Positions 9,104-18,771 of a stretch of 64,000 nt of DNA are shown in pieces. A program made the position numbers and the translations under genes. Source of the stretch: Gemmatimonadales bacterium (GTDB lineage Bacteria > Gemmatimonadota > Gemmatimonadetes > Gemmatimonadales > GWC2-71-9). Below the pieces are notes generated by a model. The model was not told the origin of the DNA, ran no database searches, and saw only the letters and a list, made by a program, of their open reading frames with translations. Within the stretch, counting starts at the first letter, position 1. Each line of letters opens with the position of its first letter. The stretch lies in assembly GCA_041615815.1 (NCBI GenBank), contig JBFJCP010000018.1, forward strand, positions 1 through 64,000, given 5' to 3'.

Positions 9104-10483
9104 ATGTCGCGACGCCCCATGCCCATGGCTCGCTCTCCCAAGGCGGTGACGCTGGCGCTTGCGCTGGGGACCGCCGCGTGCGGAGTGGGCGTGGGTGCCC
9201 CAACGCCGGTCTCACCGGCCGAAATCCCAGAGCTCGAACAACGGCTCTCGCAGGATCCGCAGGACGGCGCGATCCTGGCCCGCTATGCGGCGGCGTTGTA
9301 TGCCGCCGGTCGCTGTGACACCGCCAAAGTGGTGGCGAGAGTGGCGTGGTCGGTTCGCCCCAGCGACGCCACCGCACCCTTGGTCATCGGTGAATGCGCC
9401 GAGCGTGACGAGGACTACGATCAGGCGCTGCAGGCCTACCGGGATTTTCTCGAGCGCAATCCTCAGGGAGCCGGTGTGCCGGCCGTGCGAGCGCGGGAGA
9501 TGATGGCCACTCGGGCACGCGCCGGTCTTCGAGCCCGCCAGGCATTGGAGCAGGAAGCCGTGCTGGCAGGGCGGGCGCCGAATCCCGAGGCGGTGGCGGT
9601 GTTGCCGCTCGAGATCAGCGGCGATTCGAGCTATCAGCCGTTGTCTCGCGGGCTCGCGCAGATGATAACGTCGGATCTCGCGTTACTGCGGCGTTTCCCA
9701 CTCGTCGAGCGGCTCGAGTTGGGGGCCCTCCTGGATGAGATGGCGCTCGCGCAGACGGAGCGAGTCGACTCGGCTAGTGCGGTCCGCGTCGGGTACCTCG
9801 TGCAGGCGGGTCGTTTGGTCCAGGGGCTCGCGGCCATCCCACCCACCGGCGATATGCGGCTGGAAGCGGGTGTCGTGCAGTCCACCGGGGAGGTCTTGGA
9901 CCCGGCGGGCGCGACGGGCCGGTTCGAGGATCTGATGCAACTCGAGAAGGCAATCGTTCTGATTCTCGCCCGCCGTCTCGGCTATCAGCTTTCTGAAGCC
10001 GAGCGGCAGTTGATCCTCGAGAACGGGACGCAGAACCTGGCCGCGTTCCTCGCGTATTCGCGCGGTTTGCTCGAGGAGGATCGCGGGAATTACGAAGCCG
10101 CCGCGGGCCATTACGCCGCGGCCGCGCAGGCAGATCCCAATTTCCGAGCTGCCCGAGAGCGGCACCAGGCGACGACCGCCGCGCCCATGGCGCAGCAATT
10201 CTCGGCCTCGCAGTTGCCAGTGCTCGCCGCCCTCACCGTGGACGATCCCACGGGCGTCGGCGATGCGGCCGAGGAGGCGCTGGGACCAACGAGCACGACG
10301 AGTGCCGTGGCCACGGGTTTCGGTGACCTCGGATCGACGTTTGCGGAGCAGACGGCTCCGGCCGGCGCCGAACAGACCACGCAGCAAATCTCCAACACTC
10401 CCATCTCCCAGCCGCCACCGACGGCGGTGCAGTTCTCCGGTGGGATCGTGGGCACCATTCGCATCATCATTCGGATCCCATGA
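9104..10483 (+). CDS. Lipoprotein with TPR repeats and a CsgG/HfaB/TolB-N-like domain
   Basis: GGAG RBS at 9094; lipobox TAAC; TPR helices; AVAVLPL...GLAQMITSDL...LVER.ELGALLDE...AVRVG.LV.A signature. Confidence 0.7.
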   Translation: MSRRPMPMARSPKAVTLALALGTAACGVGVGAPTPVSPAEIPELEQRLSQDPQDGAILARYAAALYAAGRCDTAKVVARVAWSVRPSDATAPLVIGECAERDEDYDQALQAYRDFLERNPQGAGVPAVRAREMMATRARAGLRARQALEQEAVLAGRAPNPEAVAVLPLEISGDSSYQPLSRGLAQMITSDLALLRRFPLVERLELGALLDEMALAQTERVDSASAVRVGYLVQAGRLVQGLAAIPPTGDMRLEAGVVQSTGEVLDPAGATGRFEDLMQLEKAIVLILARRLGYQLSEAERQLILENGTQNLAAFLAYSRGLLEEDRGNYEAAAGHYAAAAQADPNFRAARERHQATTAAPMAQQFSASQLPVLAALTVDDPTGVGDAAEEALGPTSTTSAVATGFGDLGSTFAEQTAPAGAEQTTQQISNTPISQPPPTAVQFSGGIVGTIRIIIRIP

Positions 10484-11613
10484 CACGCGCGAACTGGATT
10501 ACCGCCACCGTCCTCCTCGCGGCCACGCCGTTGGCGGCCCAGCAGGGGCCGGTGGGACGGACAGCAGTCGTCGTCGAGGCATACAGCTTCGACGCAGGCC
10601 TCGACTTGGGTGATGTCATTCAACTGACCGTTCCGGTGGGCGTGAGCATCCCGCTTCACCGATTCGTAGACTTTTCGGTGGCTGGTGGGTTCACGACCGT
10701 GCACATCCTGCCGTCGGACGACAGCGACGATCTGTCGGTCTCGGGCGCTCTGGATACCGAGCTCCGTCTCTCATGGCAGGCGGTGCCGGGCAATCTGATC
10801 GTCTTCGTCAACGGCGCGATCCCGACCGGCGTGGACGCCGTCGACCAGGAAGATCTGTCTGTGGTGAGCATCCTGGCGAGTGACCTCATCGGGTTTACCG
10901 CGAACACCCTCGGTACGGGGGGCAACCTGGGGTTCGGTTTTGCGGGGGCGGTGCCACTGGGACGGTGGGCATTCGGTCTCGGCGGCACCTTCCGCGAGCC
11001 GTTGTCCTACAACCCGGTCGCGGGACAGCCAGAGACGCTCAAACCCGGGCGCGAGATCCGGCTACGCGGCGGGTTGGAGGGACCGCTGGGAGCGCGTTCG
11101 TACATGCGGCTCGCCGGGATCGCGGCGTTCAGGGCCAAGGACGAAGTGGCGGAAGCGACCGCGAACGGCGTGGGCAATCGCTACATGGGGTACCTCTCCA
11201 TCGATCAGGGCGTGGCCAACGCGACGGTCACGCTGTACCTGTTCGACGTGTTCCGCTCGGACCCCAGGGTAGAAGAAACGGCATTGGGTGCCGCCCTGCT
11301 TCCACGCAGCAACCTGCTGGCGACCGGTGCGCGGTTCGCCATTCCGCTTGGCGCCAGCACGACGTTCGTGCCGCGTGTGGAGTTCCGGAACTCATGGGCG
11401 GCCGCGGACACGGCTGACGCTGCACTCGAAAACGTGGGCCGAACCTTTCGCGTTGGGGCCGATCTCCGTCAGATGGTGGGTCAGCACTTCGGCCTCGTGT
11501 TGCAGGGAGGCGCATTGTTTGGATCGGTCCAGCAGCTCGGTGGTATCCCAACTGGGACGGATGTGGACGTTCGAGGTTTCCGCGGGGGTCTCCACTTCGA
11601 GGTGTATCGATAG
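10480..11613 (+). CDS. Putative outer-membrane beta-barrel protein
   Basis: Signal peptide; many alternating amphipathic strands; ends GGLHFEVYR; ATGA-coupled to the TPR gene. Confidence 0.6.
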   Translation: MTRANWITATVLLAATPLAAQQGPVGRTAVVVEAYSFDAGLDLGDVIQLTVPVGVSIPLHRFVDFSVAGGFTTVHILPSDDSDDLSVSGALDTELRLSWQAVPGNLIVFVNGAIPTGVDAVDQEDLSVVSILASDLIGFTANTLGTGGNLGFGFAGAVPLGRWAFGLGGTFREPLSYNPVAGQPETLKPGREIRLRGGLEGPLGARSYMRLAGIAAFRAKDEVAEATANGVGNRYMGYLSIDQGVANATVTLYLFDVFRSDPRVEETALGAALLPRSNLLATGARFAIPLGASTTFVPRVEFRNSWAAADTADAALENVGRTFRVGADLRQMVGQHFGLVLQGGALFGSVQQLGGIPTGTDVDVRGFRGGLHFEVYR

Positions 11614-11695
11614 TCGAGGATTCTCACGGGTAACCGGCTTGCACCCAGAGGCCCGCCACGTGTTGCGGGCCTTCGGTCTTCTAGCATCGGGCGTT

Positions 11696-12685
11696 ATGAC
11701 GAACGGTCTCCTCCACATCACCAATGGAGATGCCGCAGGCGACAGAATCCGCGCTCGGGTTCCCGGTCGCGTGTTACCGTGGGCCGATGTCCTCCATGAG
11801 GGTCCCGTGCCGGCCCATCTGACGCTGGAAGCGATGAGCGCCGTCCGTGCGCGCTACCTAACCGAGGTTGGATGGGCGACCCGGGATGCCGCCGTCAATA
11901 CATTCGCGACGCGCGATGCCACGCTCCGTGCGAGCGGTGCGTGCGACGAGGTCGTGCTCTGGTTCGAGCACGATTTGTACGATCAGCTTCAGCTTCTGCA
12001 GGTCTTGAGTTGGTTCGCCGCTGCGGCGCCCGGCAGCCCACCGCTCTCGACGATCGACGCGCCGGACTATCTGGGGCACATGGCGGAGGAGCGTTTCCCC
12101 GAACTGTTCGAGGCCCGGCGTCGCGTCTCGGCTGCCGAGCTGTCGCTGGGAGCTCGCGGGTGGGAGGCGTTTTGCTCGGCCGATCCCAGCGCCATCGTGG
12201 TGCTATTGGAACAAGACCTTGGAGCATTGCCACACCTCCACCAGGCGTTGGTCCGACACCTGCAAGAATTTCCCGACGTCCAGAGCGGGCTCTCGCGTTC
12301 CGAGCGACAGATCCTCGAAGCTCTGTCGAGCGGGCCGATGATGCCCAAGCGCCTCTTTCAGGCAGCACACCACGAGCGCGAAGAGCGTGTCTACCTCGGC
12401 GATAGCGTCTTCGCGATGTACGTGGAACGGCTCGGCCGGCCAGCCAGCGCGCTCCTGCGGGACTCCGGGGGCCACGCGCCGCAGGCACGGCGGCCATCGC
12501 GCGATGACCGGCGGTTCTGGAACACGCCGGTGTTGCTGACGGCGCTCGGGCAGGAAGTGCTGGGGGGGCAGCGTGACTGGGCGTCCGTGGCCGGGATCGA
12601 CCGCTGGCTCGGCGGTGTGCATCTCCAGGGATCCTCACCGAAATGGCGATGGGATCGCTCCGGGCGAAGACTCGTGGTGGCTTGA
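11696..12685 (+). CDS. DUF1835-like protein
   Basis: LHITNGD, W.DVLHEGP, VLWFEHDLYDQLQL, GLSRSERQIL, DRWLGG motifs. Confidence 0.8.
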   Translation: MTNGLLHITNGDAAGDRIRARVPGRVLPWADVLHEGPVPAHLTLEAMSAVRARYLTEVGWATRDAAVNTFATRDATLRASGACDEVVLWFEHDLYDQLQLLQVLSWFAAAAPGSPPLSTIDAPDYLGHMAEERFPELFEARRRVSAAELSLGARGWEAFCSADPSAIVVLLEQDLGALPHLHQALVRHLQEFPDVQSGLSRSERQILEALSSGPMMPKRLFQAAHHEREERVYLGDSVFAMYVERLGRPASALLRDSGGHAPQARRPSRDDRRFWNTPVLLTALGQEVLGGQRDWASVAGIDRWLGGVHLQGSSPKWRWDRSGRRLVVA

Positions 12686-12696
12686 CACCCCATTGC

Positions 12697-13671
12697 TCAC
12701 TGAGCCATGCCGGCCTGCTGCCGCACGTATTCCGCCACGTCGCGGTGCGTCGCCCACCACACGTTCGGTTTTTGGCGAATGTGCTCGATCAGCCCCTGGA
12801 GGATGACCATCCTCGAGCGGTGACCGATGTAATGCGGATGCATCGTGAGGAGGAACATCGTTCCTTCGGCGTACGCCAGGTCGAACTCGTCGATGTACAC
12901 CTGGAGAACTTCCCGGGGAGTGCTGTACCGATCGCCGCGGGGGTTGAGGAGTGGCGCGTCATCCAGGATCCACTCTACGGGGAGCTCCACGATTCCCGTG
13001 GGCTCGCCGTGAGACAACAGCTCGTAGGGGCGATCGTCCGACATCAATGAGCTCTCGTACAGGAAACCGAGATCCCGAATGATGTCCAAGGTGTTGGAGC
13101 TGAAGTTCCACGACGGCGCGCGGTAGCCCACAGGGCGTTGGCCCGTGAGTTGCGTCAGCTCGTCGATGGCCCGTACGAGGAGCTCGCGTTCCATCTCCCC
13201 AGAAAGCGACGTATTGAGTTCGTGAATCCAGCCGTGGACGCCGAACTCGTGCCTGCCGGACCGGTTAATCACATCCGCCATCCCGGGGTTGATACGCAAA
13301 CTCATGGAAGGGATGAAGAACGTGGCGGGAATCCCGTATCGATCCAAGAGATTCACCACGCGTCCTAGGCCCACACGAGCACCGTACTCTCCTTGCGACA
13401 ATGCACCGATACTTGGCTCACCATATCGGAGGGCGATGGTTTCATTGTCGACGTCGAAGGAGAGCAGGACGGCGACCCGTGCACCATCAGGCCATGCATC
13501 AGGCTGGAGCGTTCGTCCTGCCCGGACCTCATTGACAGTGGCGAAGATTCGCTCTTCAGACCATTCCCAGCCCGGCACCGGCAGGGCGTCACTGTCACCA
13601 GAGGGGCACCCGGTGAGGCCCAGCGGTATCACCGCGGTGGCCAACAAGGCGATGCGCGACGTACCCGTCAT
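12697..13671 (-). CDS. Polysaccharide deacetylase (CE4, PuuE/PgdA-like) lipoprotein
   Basis: Lipobox LTGC; SFDVD, ATFFIP, HGWIHE, GYRAPSW, TMHP. Confidence 0.87.
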   Translation of the reverse strand: MTGTSRIALLATAVIPLGLTGCPSGDSDALPVPGWEWSEERIFATVNEVRAGRTLQPDAWPDGARVAVLLSFDVDNETIALRYGEPSIGALSQGEYGARVGLGRVVNLLDRYGIPATFFIPSMSLRINPGMADVINRSGRHEFGVHGWIHELNTSLSGEMERELLVRAIDELTQLTGQRPVGYRAPSWNFSSNTLDIIRDLGFLYESSLMSDDRPYELLSHGEPTGIVELPVEWILDDAPLLNPRGDRYSTPREVLQVYIDEFDLAYAEGTMFLLTMHPHYIGHRSRMVILQGLIEHIRQKPNVWWATHRDVAEYVRQQAGMAQ

Positions 13672-14711
13672 GCGGACGCTCCTGTTGCAGGATGGACCGG
13701 TTGTGTAGACGATGAAAAGCGATAGTGGGCGACGAGCCACTCCAACCCCTGACGATATCCGAACAGCTCCTCGCAAGCGAGGAAGAAGAGCCGCCACCGC
13801 TGGAACCAACGCGCGGCGGCTTCGTCACCATAGACCGTTCTGAGGATGGGTATGACCGCGTCCTCGGCACCTTCGAGATTGCGTCGCCACGCCTGCGCAG
13901 TCCGGGCGTAGTGCCGGCCATTGACCAACCAGCGGGATTCCAGGACGAGTGCGTCTTGGAACTGTAAGACGAGATCCGCGGAGGGCATCAGGCCTGCGGT
14001 GAAGAAATATCTCCCCATCCAATTGGCCGGTCCTTCGGTCTCGAAGAAATACGCGTAGCGTCGATGGCAAAACACATGCACGAACAGCTTTCCTCCCGGT
14101 CGGAGCCAGCCGGCAAGACGTTGCATCAAGAGCCGATGGTTCCTCAAGTGCTCGAACATCTCGACGCTGACGACCCGATCGAATCGTCGCTCGGTATCGA
14201 ACTCGTTGATGTCTGCGGTGACGACCTCGAGGTTACTCGGTCGGTGCTCCTCGATGTAGTGCCGTTGCGGTGTCGAGTTGGAGAGTGCGAGGATCTGACT
14301 CCGCGGGAACCGTTTTGCCATGTGTAGGGACAGAGATCCCCAACCACACCCCAGGTCCAAAATGTGCTGGCCGTCTTCGAGCTGCGCGCGCAAACAGGTC
14401 AGGTCCAACATAGCGGCTTCGGCCTCTTGCAGGTTCGTCGTGCCCATGGGCCACAACGCGCTGCTGTATTTCAGGCGTGGCCCGAGGACCAGCTGAAAGA
14501 ACTTGGACGGGAGCTCATAATGCTGCTGATTGGGTTTGTCAGGTCGAAGGGCGATGGGTCCCGCGGTCATGTGGTCGAGAACCCGAAGACGTCGATCGTG
14601 CCGTTCGAGCCCGCGCAGCCGGCGGGTGAGCAGGCGGCGGACGCCGCGACGGGTGAGGGCCAAGGGCAGCCGCCCTCGCTCGGCGAGTGCCAGGCCGGCC
14701 CGAACGATCAC
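13668..14711 (-). CDS. Cfa/coclaurine-N-methyltransferase-like SAM-dependent methyltransferase
   Basis: NQQHYELP, LG..LKYSS, ILDLGCGWGS, SVEMFEH, WRLFFLAC.ELFG. Confidence 0.9.
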   Translation of the reverse strand: MIVRAGLALAERGRLPLALTRRGVRRLLTRRLRGLERHDRRLRVLDHMTAGPIALRPDKPNQQHYELPSKFFQLVLGPRLKYSSALWPMGTTNLQEAEAAMLDLTCLRAQLEDGQHILDLGCGWGSLSLHMAKRFPRSQILALSNSTPQRHYIEEHRPSNLEVVTADINEFDTERRFDRVVSVEMFEHLRNHRLLMQRLAGWLRPGGKLFVHVFCHRRYAYFFETEGPANWMGRYFFTAGLMPSADLVLQFQDALVLESRWLVNGRHYARTAQAWRRNLEGAEDAVIPILRTVYGDEAAARWFQRWRLFFLACEELFGYRQGLEWLVAHYRFSSSTQPVHPATGASA

Positions 14712-14856
14712 GAGACGCGCCGAAAGATCGTAAACCGCCTGTCATCGGGGGTCGTCAGAAGCACCTCCGGGCATCAGGTCGGGCCGAATGCATACCCGCG
14801 CAGCCACGGGCCGCGACGTCTCGTACCGCGCGTCGGTGCGCAACCCAGCGGCAGGG

Positions 14857-15318
14857 TCAGACAGACCCATGGATGTGGATGAGGGCCAGGGCAACGACGA
14901 GTCTCGCGCTCCAACCGCTCGTGCGGATCCAATTACTCGTGGTGAGCCATCGCACCCCCTCGGGATCGTACGCTCGTGCGAGGCGTCGGTGGATTGGAGC
15001 CTGCACGAGCCAGGTGGACGCCCAGATGAGCCCGAGGCACGCGAGACCGGCCCACGCCAGCGGAGCGGCTCCCGATGGTGGCGTGATCACGAGCCAGGCG
15101 GCGAGCCCGAGCTCGGTGAGCATGGCCGGGACAACCAGCCATGAGGTCCGACGCTGATGTTCCCGTTCATAATGAAGGAAGTGATCGCCATCCACCGCGG
15201 CCATGAGGGGATAGTGGACCACCTGCACGAACCAGATGATCCCGGCCATGAGTCCCGTCGCGGCGACATGGGCCAAGAGGACGAAGGTCTGAACCTGGAT
15301 CAAACCCGCGGTGTTCAT
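14857..15318 (-). CDS. Conserved 4-TM membrane protein (GLIW.VQ.VHYP type)
   Basis: AGIIWFVQVVHYPL, LVVPAML.E, ST..VQ.P.H, NWIRT motifs. Confidence 0.75.
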   Translation of the reverse strand: MNTAGLIQVQTFVLLAHVAATGLMAGIIWFVQVVHYPLMAAVDGDHFLHYEREHQRRTSWLVVPAMLTELGLAAWLVITPPSGAAPLAWAGLACLGLIWASTWLVQAPIHRRLARAYDPEGVRWLTTSNWIRTSGWSARLVVALALIHIHGSV

Positions 15319-15352
15319 CGTCTTTCCACACGAGAACGGCGTGATGCGAAAC

Positions 15353-15433
15353 TGTCAAAAATAAACCCCGCGAGGCACCATCTGTCAAGCTATTGTCTAA
15401 TATTTAAGCTGCATCGAGGGAATATTTGTCTAA
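15353..15433 (-). promoter_or_regulatory. AT-rich promoter/operator with TnGACA direct repeats
   Basis: Minus-strand TTGACA/TAGACA at plus-strand TGTC positions 15353, 15383, 15394, 15427; the last three share an 11-bp phase. Confidence 0.5.
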
Positions 15434-16200
15434 CTTTCACGGGTCGGTCCCTGCGTGGCCGGGATGCTCCGGATATCGTCGTCGGAGCTCCCGATCCGGC
15501 CCTTGAGCAGGTACACGCCGGCATAGAAGAACGGGGTGTCGAAGAGGGCAAAGGCGAACTTGAATGCGTAGGAGCTGAGCATGAGTGGCAGGAGCTTCCC
15601 GAGGGAATCGACATCGGGTCCCAAGCCTGCCGACGCGTAGAGGATGGAGAGGATGAGCCCGGTATCGATGAGCTGGCTGAAGACCGTCGAGGCGTTGTTT
15701 CTGAGCCAGAGGTGTTTGCCCCCGGTCAGCTTTTTCCAGAAGTGAAAGGCTTGGACGTCCACTGATTGCGCTACGAGATAGGCGATCATGGACGCCACGA
15801 CGTTGGGCTTCATATAGGAGTAGACGGTATCGAAGGTCGTTGCGGCGCCGGATACCCCTGCCGCGTCTGGCAGCGTGTGCCCCAGCCACATCAGCGAGAG
15901 CATGAAGACGTTCATGGCGAATCCGACCCATACCAGCGATTGTGCTCGCCGGCGTCCGTAGAGCTCGCTGATCAAGTCGGTGGCCAGGAAGGTCACGGGG
16001 TAGGCGAGGAGGCCGGCTGGGATGATGAAGAGACCGAGATCGACGAACTTAGTGACGCCGACGATATTGCCGAGCGTGAGGGACGTGAGGAAGATGCCCG
16101 CGAGTAGCGTGTAGAAAACCTCACGCCTGTGGTGAACCGGCTCCTTGGGTGGAGAGGTCACAGCGCTCGTCGGTGGGGGTAGGTGCCCGGCATGGCTCAA
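15430..16200 (-). CDS. Queuosine precursor transporter (YhhQ/VUT family)
   Basis: YPVTFLATDLISELYG, ASMIAYLVAQ.VD, HLWLRNNAST..SQLIDT, K..FALFDTP. Confidence 0.92.
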   Translation of the reverse strand: MSHAGHLPPPTSAVTSPPKEPVHHRREVFYTLLAGIFLTSLTLGNIVGVTKFVDLGLFIIPAGLLAYPVTFLATDLISELYGRRRAQSLVWVGFAMNVFMLSLMWLGHTLPDAAGVSGAATTFDTVYSYMKPNVVASMIAYLVAQSVDVQAFHFWKKLTGGKHLWLRNNASTVFSQLIDTGLILSILYASAGLGPDVDSLGKLLPLMLSSYAFKFAFALFDTPFFYAGVYLLKGRIGSSDDDIRSIPATQGPTRES

Positions 16201-16320
16201 GTGTAGCGCACCGTTTGTACAGACTTCAACTGGACCGCGGCGAGGCCTCCGTGACGCTCCTCACCTCGGCACGTGCCGTGTCTCGGTATCCTCTTATGTG
16301 GCTCCACTGAGGAATCCATC

Positions 16321-16905
16321 ATGCGAACGCCCTTCTCGACCGTCGCCAGCCTTGGGTTCATGCTTCCCACCGTGCTCTGGGCGCAGGTGCCGATGCCTCC
16401 CCAGCAGGAGATCGTCATCAACAGTGCCGTGGTCACCGCGGCGGAGATCCAGGCCGTGCAGCAGCGGATGGGCATCCCGGCGGGGGCCCCAATCCCGTCC
16501 GGACGCTACTGGTACGATCCCACGTCCGGTCTCTGGGGCATGGAAGGCGGCCCCACCATGGGGCAGATCCTGCCCGATTTGTTGCTCGGTGGAGCGCTTC
16601 GAGCCGATGCCTCGGGTGGTGGAACGGGTGTGTTCATCAACGGCCGTGAAATTCACCCACTGGAAGCGGCGTACCTCAGGGGCCTGTACGGCTACGTCGT
16701 CCCGGGCCGGTATTGGCTGAATTGGCAGGGGATCGGCGGGTTCGAGGGTGGACCGGCGCTGTTCAACCTGATGGCGGCGGCCGCGTCCGCGGGTGGTGGA
16801 GGATACAGTGGCTACACGCGGCGGACGCCGTTTGGGGGCATCGGCGGCGCCGGGAACTGTTCCTACTATCTGCACCCCAGCGGATCGAGCGTGATGAACT
16901 GCTGA
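16321..16905 (+). CDS. Exported hypothetical protein with duplicated GRYW....G..G.EGGP motif
   Basis: GAGGA RBS, signal peptide (LWA-Q), internal repeat, two C-terminal Cys. Confidence 0.75.
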   Translation: MRTPFSTVASLGFMLPTVLWAQVPMPPQQEIVINSAVVTAAEIQAVQQRMGIPAGAPIPSGRYWYDPTSGLWGMEGGPTMGQILPDLLLGGALRADASGGGTGVFINGREIHPLEAAYLRGLYGYVVPGRYWLNWQGIGGFEGGPALFNLMAAAASAGGGGYSGYTRRTPFGGIGGAGNCSYYLHPSGSSVMNC

Positions 16906-17072
16906 TCACGCGCGTCCGCTGATGGGACGCGTGCGCTCGCACATCGGCGAGGCCACGGGGGCCCGAGCGAGGGCTTTTCCTCTCCTCCCTGGCCTGGGTA
17001 ACGTTCCCCCAATCCGGCCGGTACCTCTCGATTCCGCGCCGGCACACTCGGCGCCCAGAGCAGGAGCGATCG

Positions 17073-17543
17073 ATGGCTGTTGTGGAGGGAAAAGCCGCAC
17101 CGAAGTTTGCGCTATCGGACCAGGGTGGTCGGCGCGTCTCCCTCGACGATTTTCGGGGTCGCGACGTCATCATCTACTTCTATCCCAAGGACGATACCCC
17201 GGGCTGCACCAAGGAGGCGTGCGGTTTTCGCGATGCATGGAGCGATTTGCGGGCGCGCGGGACCGTCGTGTTGGGCATATCTCCCGACGATCCCACATCC
17301 CACGAGCGTTTCCGAAAAAAGTACGACCTTCCGTTCACGCTGTTGTCCGACCCCGATCGGAAGGTGATGGGCCGCTACGGCGCCTACGGAGCAAAGACGA
17401 TGTACGGCAAGAAGACGGTTGGTGTGATCCGCTCTACCGTGTGGGTTGGGCCGGATGGAACCGTGCGGAAGCACTGGGCGCGGGTCACGAATGCGGCGAA
17501 ACACCCGACACATGTCCTCCGAGCCCTCGAGGAATCGACATGA
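17073..17543 (+). CDS. bcp: Thioredoxin-dependent peroxiredoxin BCP/PrxQ
   Basis: YFYPKDDTPGCTKEACGFRD, GIS.D....H..F, FTLLSD. Confidence 0.95.
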   Translation: MAVVEGKAAPKFALSDQGGRRVSLDDFRGRDVIIYFYPKDDTPGCTKEACGFRDAWSDLRARGTVVLGISPDDPTSHERFRKKYDLPFTLLSDPDRKVMGRYGAYGAKTMYGKKTVGVIRSTVWVGPDGTVRKHWARVTNAAKHPTHVLRALEEST

Positions 17544-18082
17544 CGCGCCGCGGCGCTCTGCTCCACGCCCCCATTCCGGGGGCGCCGCAGACCTCGGAGT
17601 ATCCTGAACCGTACGCGGGTTATGTCTCGCACGTCGAGGGCGATGTGCTGCAGGTATTGGCGCAACAGATCGATGACACGGTCACACTCTTGCGCGAGGT
17701 GCCCCCGGATCGCGCCGATCATGCCTATGCGCCGGGTAAATGGACCGTGAAGGAGGTTGTGGGTCACGTGAACGACGTGGAGCGGGTGTTCTGCTATCGA
17801 GCCATGTGTTTCGCGCGCGGCGAGACCCAGCCACAGCCGGGCTTCGATCAGGACGCTTACGTGACGGCAGGCCAGTTTCAACACCGACCGTTGGAGCAAC
17901 TCCTCGACGAATTTGCCGCGGTGCGTGCTGCCACGGTCGCGTTGTTCCACGGCTTCGGGCGGGCGGAGTGGATGCGGGGTGGTATTGCGAACGATGCGGA
18001 GTTCACGGTGCGCGCCGTTGCGTATATCCTCGCCGGACACGAACGGCACCACCTCGCGGTGCTTCGGGAGCGATATCTCTGA
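17540..18082 (+). CDS. DinB family protein
   Basis: YAPGKWTVKEVVGH..D.ER, PGFDQDAY, AGHERHH. Confidence 0.88.
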   Translation: MTRRGALLHAPIPGAPQTSEYPEPYAGYVSHVEGDVLQVLAQQIDDTVTLLREVPPDRADHAYAPGKWTVKEVVGHVNDVERVFCYRAMCFARGETQPQPGFDQDAYVTAGQFQHRPLEQLLDEFAAVRAATVALFHGFGRAEWMRGGIANDAEFTVRAVAYILAGHERHHLAVLRERYL

Positions 18083-18128
18083 CGGTCAACGAGGGCTCAT
18101 CAGGCGAATTATGGGGTATGCTCGTTCC

Positions 18129-18743
18129 ATGAAGAAGCTCGTCGTTCCTACAACACTGATAGCCGCGGGGTCGATGGTTGCGGGGGTCTTGCACGCGCAG
18201 GTGCCGTTTGGGGATTCCCTGACGACGGCCGGTATCTACCGTGCGTCCGCGGTGGTCGATTCCGTGTTCGTTGATCGCACGCTTCCGTACTCGACGGTTG
18301 GCAGCGGGGATTTTGCGTCGTACCTGATGGCACGCCTCGGTGTGATCCCCATTCCGCACGACCTCGGTTTTCGAGTCTCGATCGACAGCACGGCCATCAT
18401 CCTGAACGGGCGCGCGCGAGACCTCCCGGAACAGGCGCGGGCGGAGCTGGGACCGCTGCTTTCCATGATGCCCGCGGAAACACCCGTCGTGGCCAAGGTG
18501 GAATTGCTGCCCGCGGGACCTCGGGCCGTCCGCTTCCGGCTCGCGGCCGTGAGTCTCGGGGGAGTCCAGGTACCGGACGCGCTGTTGGCAACGGTGATGT
18601 CCCATGTGGGTCAACGCTATTCCGCCCTGACCAAGACCGGACGGGATCTCTACGTCAGGATCCCGGAAACCGCAGAGGTCGCGCTGGTCTCAGGAGGTGT
18701 CCATCTCGTTGGTCCCGCCGCGCGGATGGGCGGTACGCCCTGA
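18129..18743 (+). CDS. Exported hypothetical protein
   Basis: MKKL... signal peptide ending LHA-Q; in operon orientation. Confidence 0.65.
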   Translation: MKKLVVPTTLIAAGSMVAGVLHAQVPFGDSLTTAGIYRASAVVDSVFVDRTLPYSTVGSGDFASYLMARLGVIPIPHDLGFRVSIDSTAIILNGRARDLPEQARAELGPLLSMMPAETPVVAKVELLPAGPRAVRFRLAAVSLGGVQVPDALLATVMSHVGQRYSALTKTGRDLYVRIPETAEVALVSGGVHLVGPAARMGGTP

Positions 18744-18771
18744 CCCGGGGCCGCGCCCGCTCGAGCCTTCC

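Noticed and set aside
16201..16320. preQ1 riboswitch upstream of the queuosine precursor transporter
   Set aside because: No preQ1-I stem with A-rich tail or other recognisable consensus on the minus strand; an Infernal search would be needed to exclude it fully
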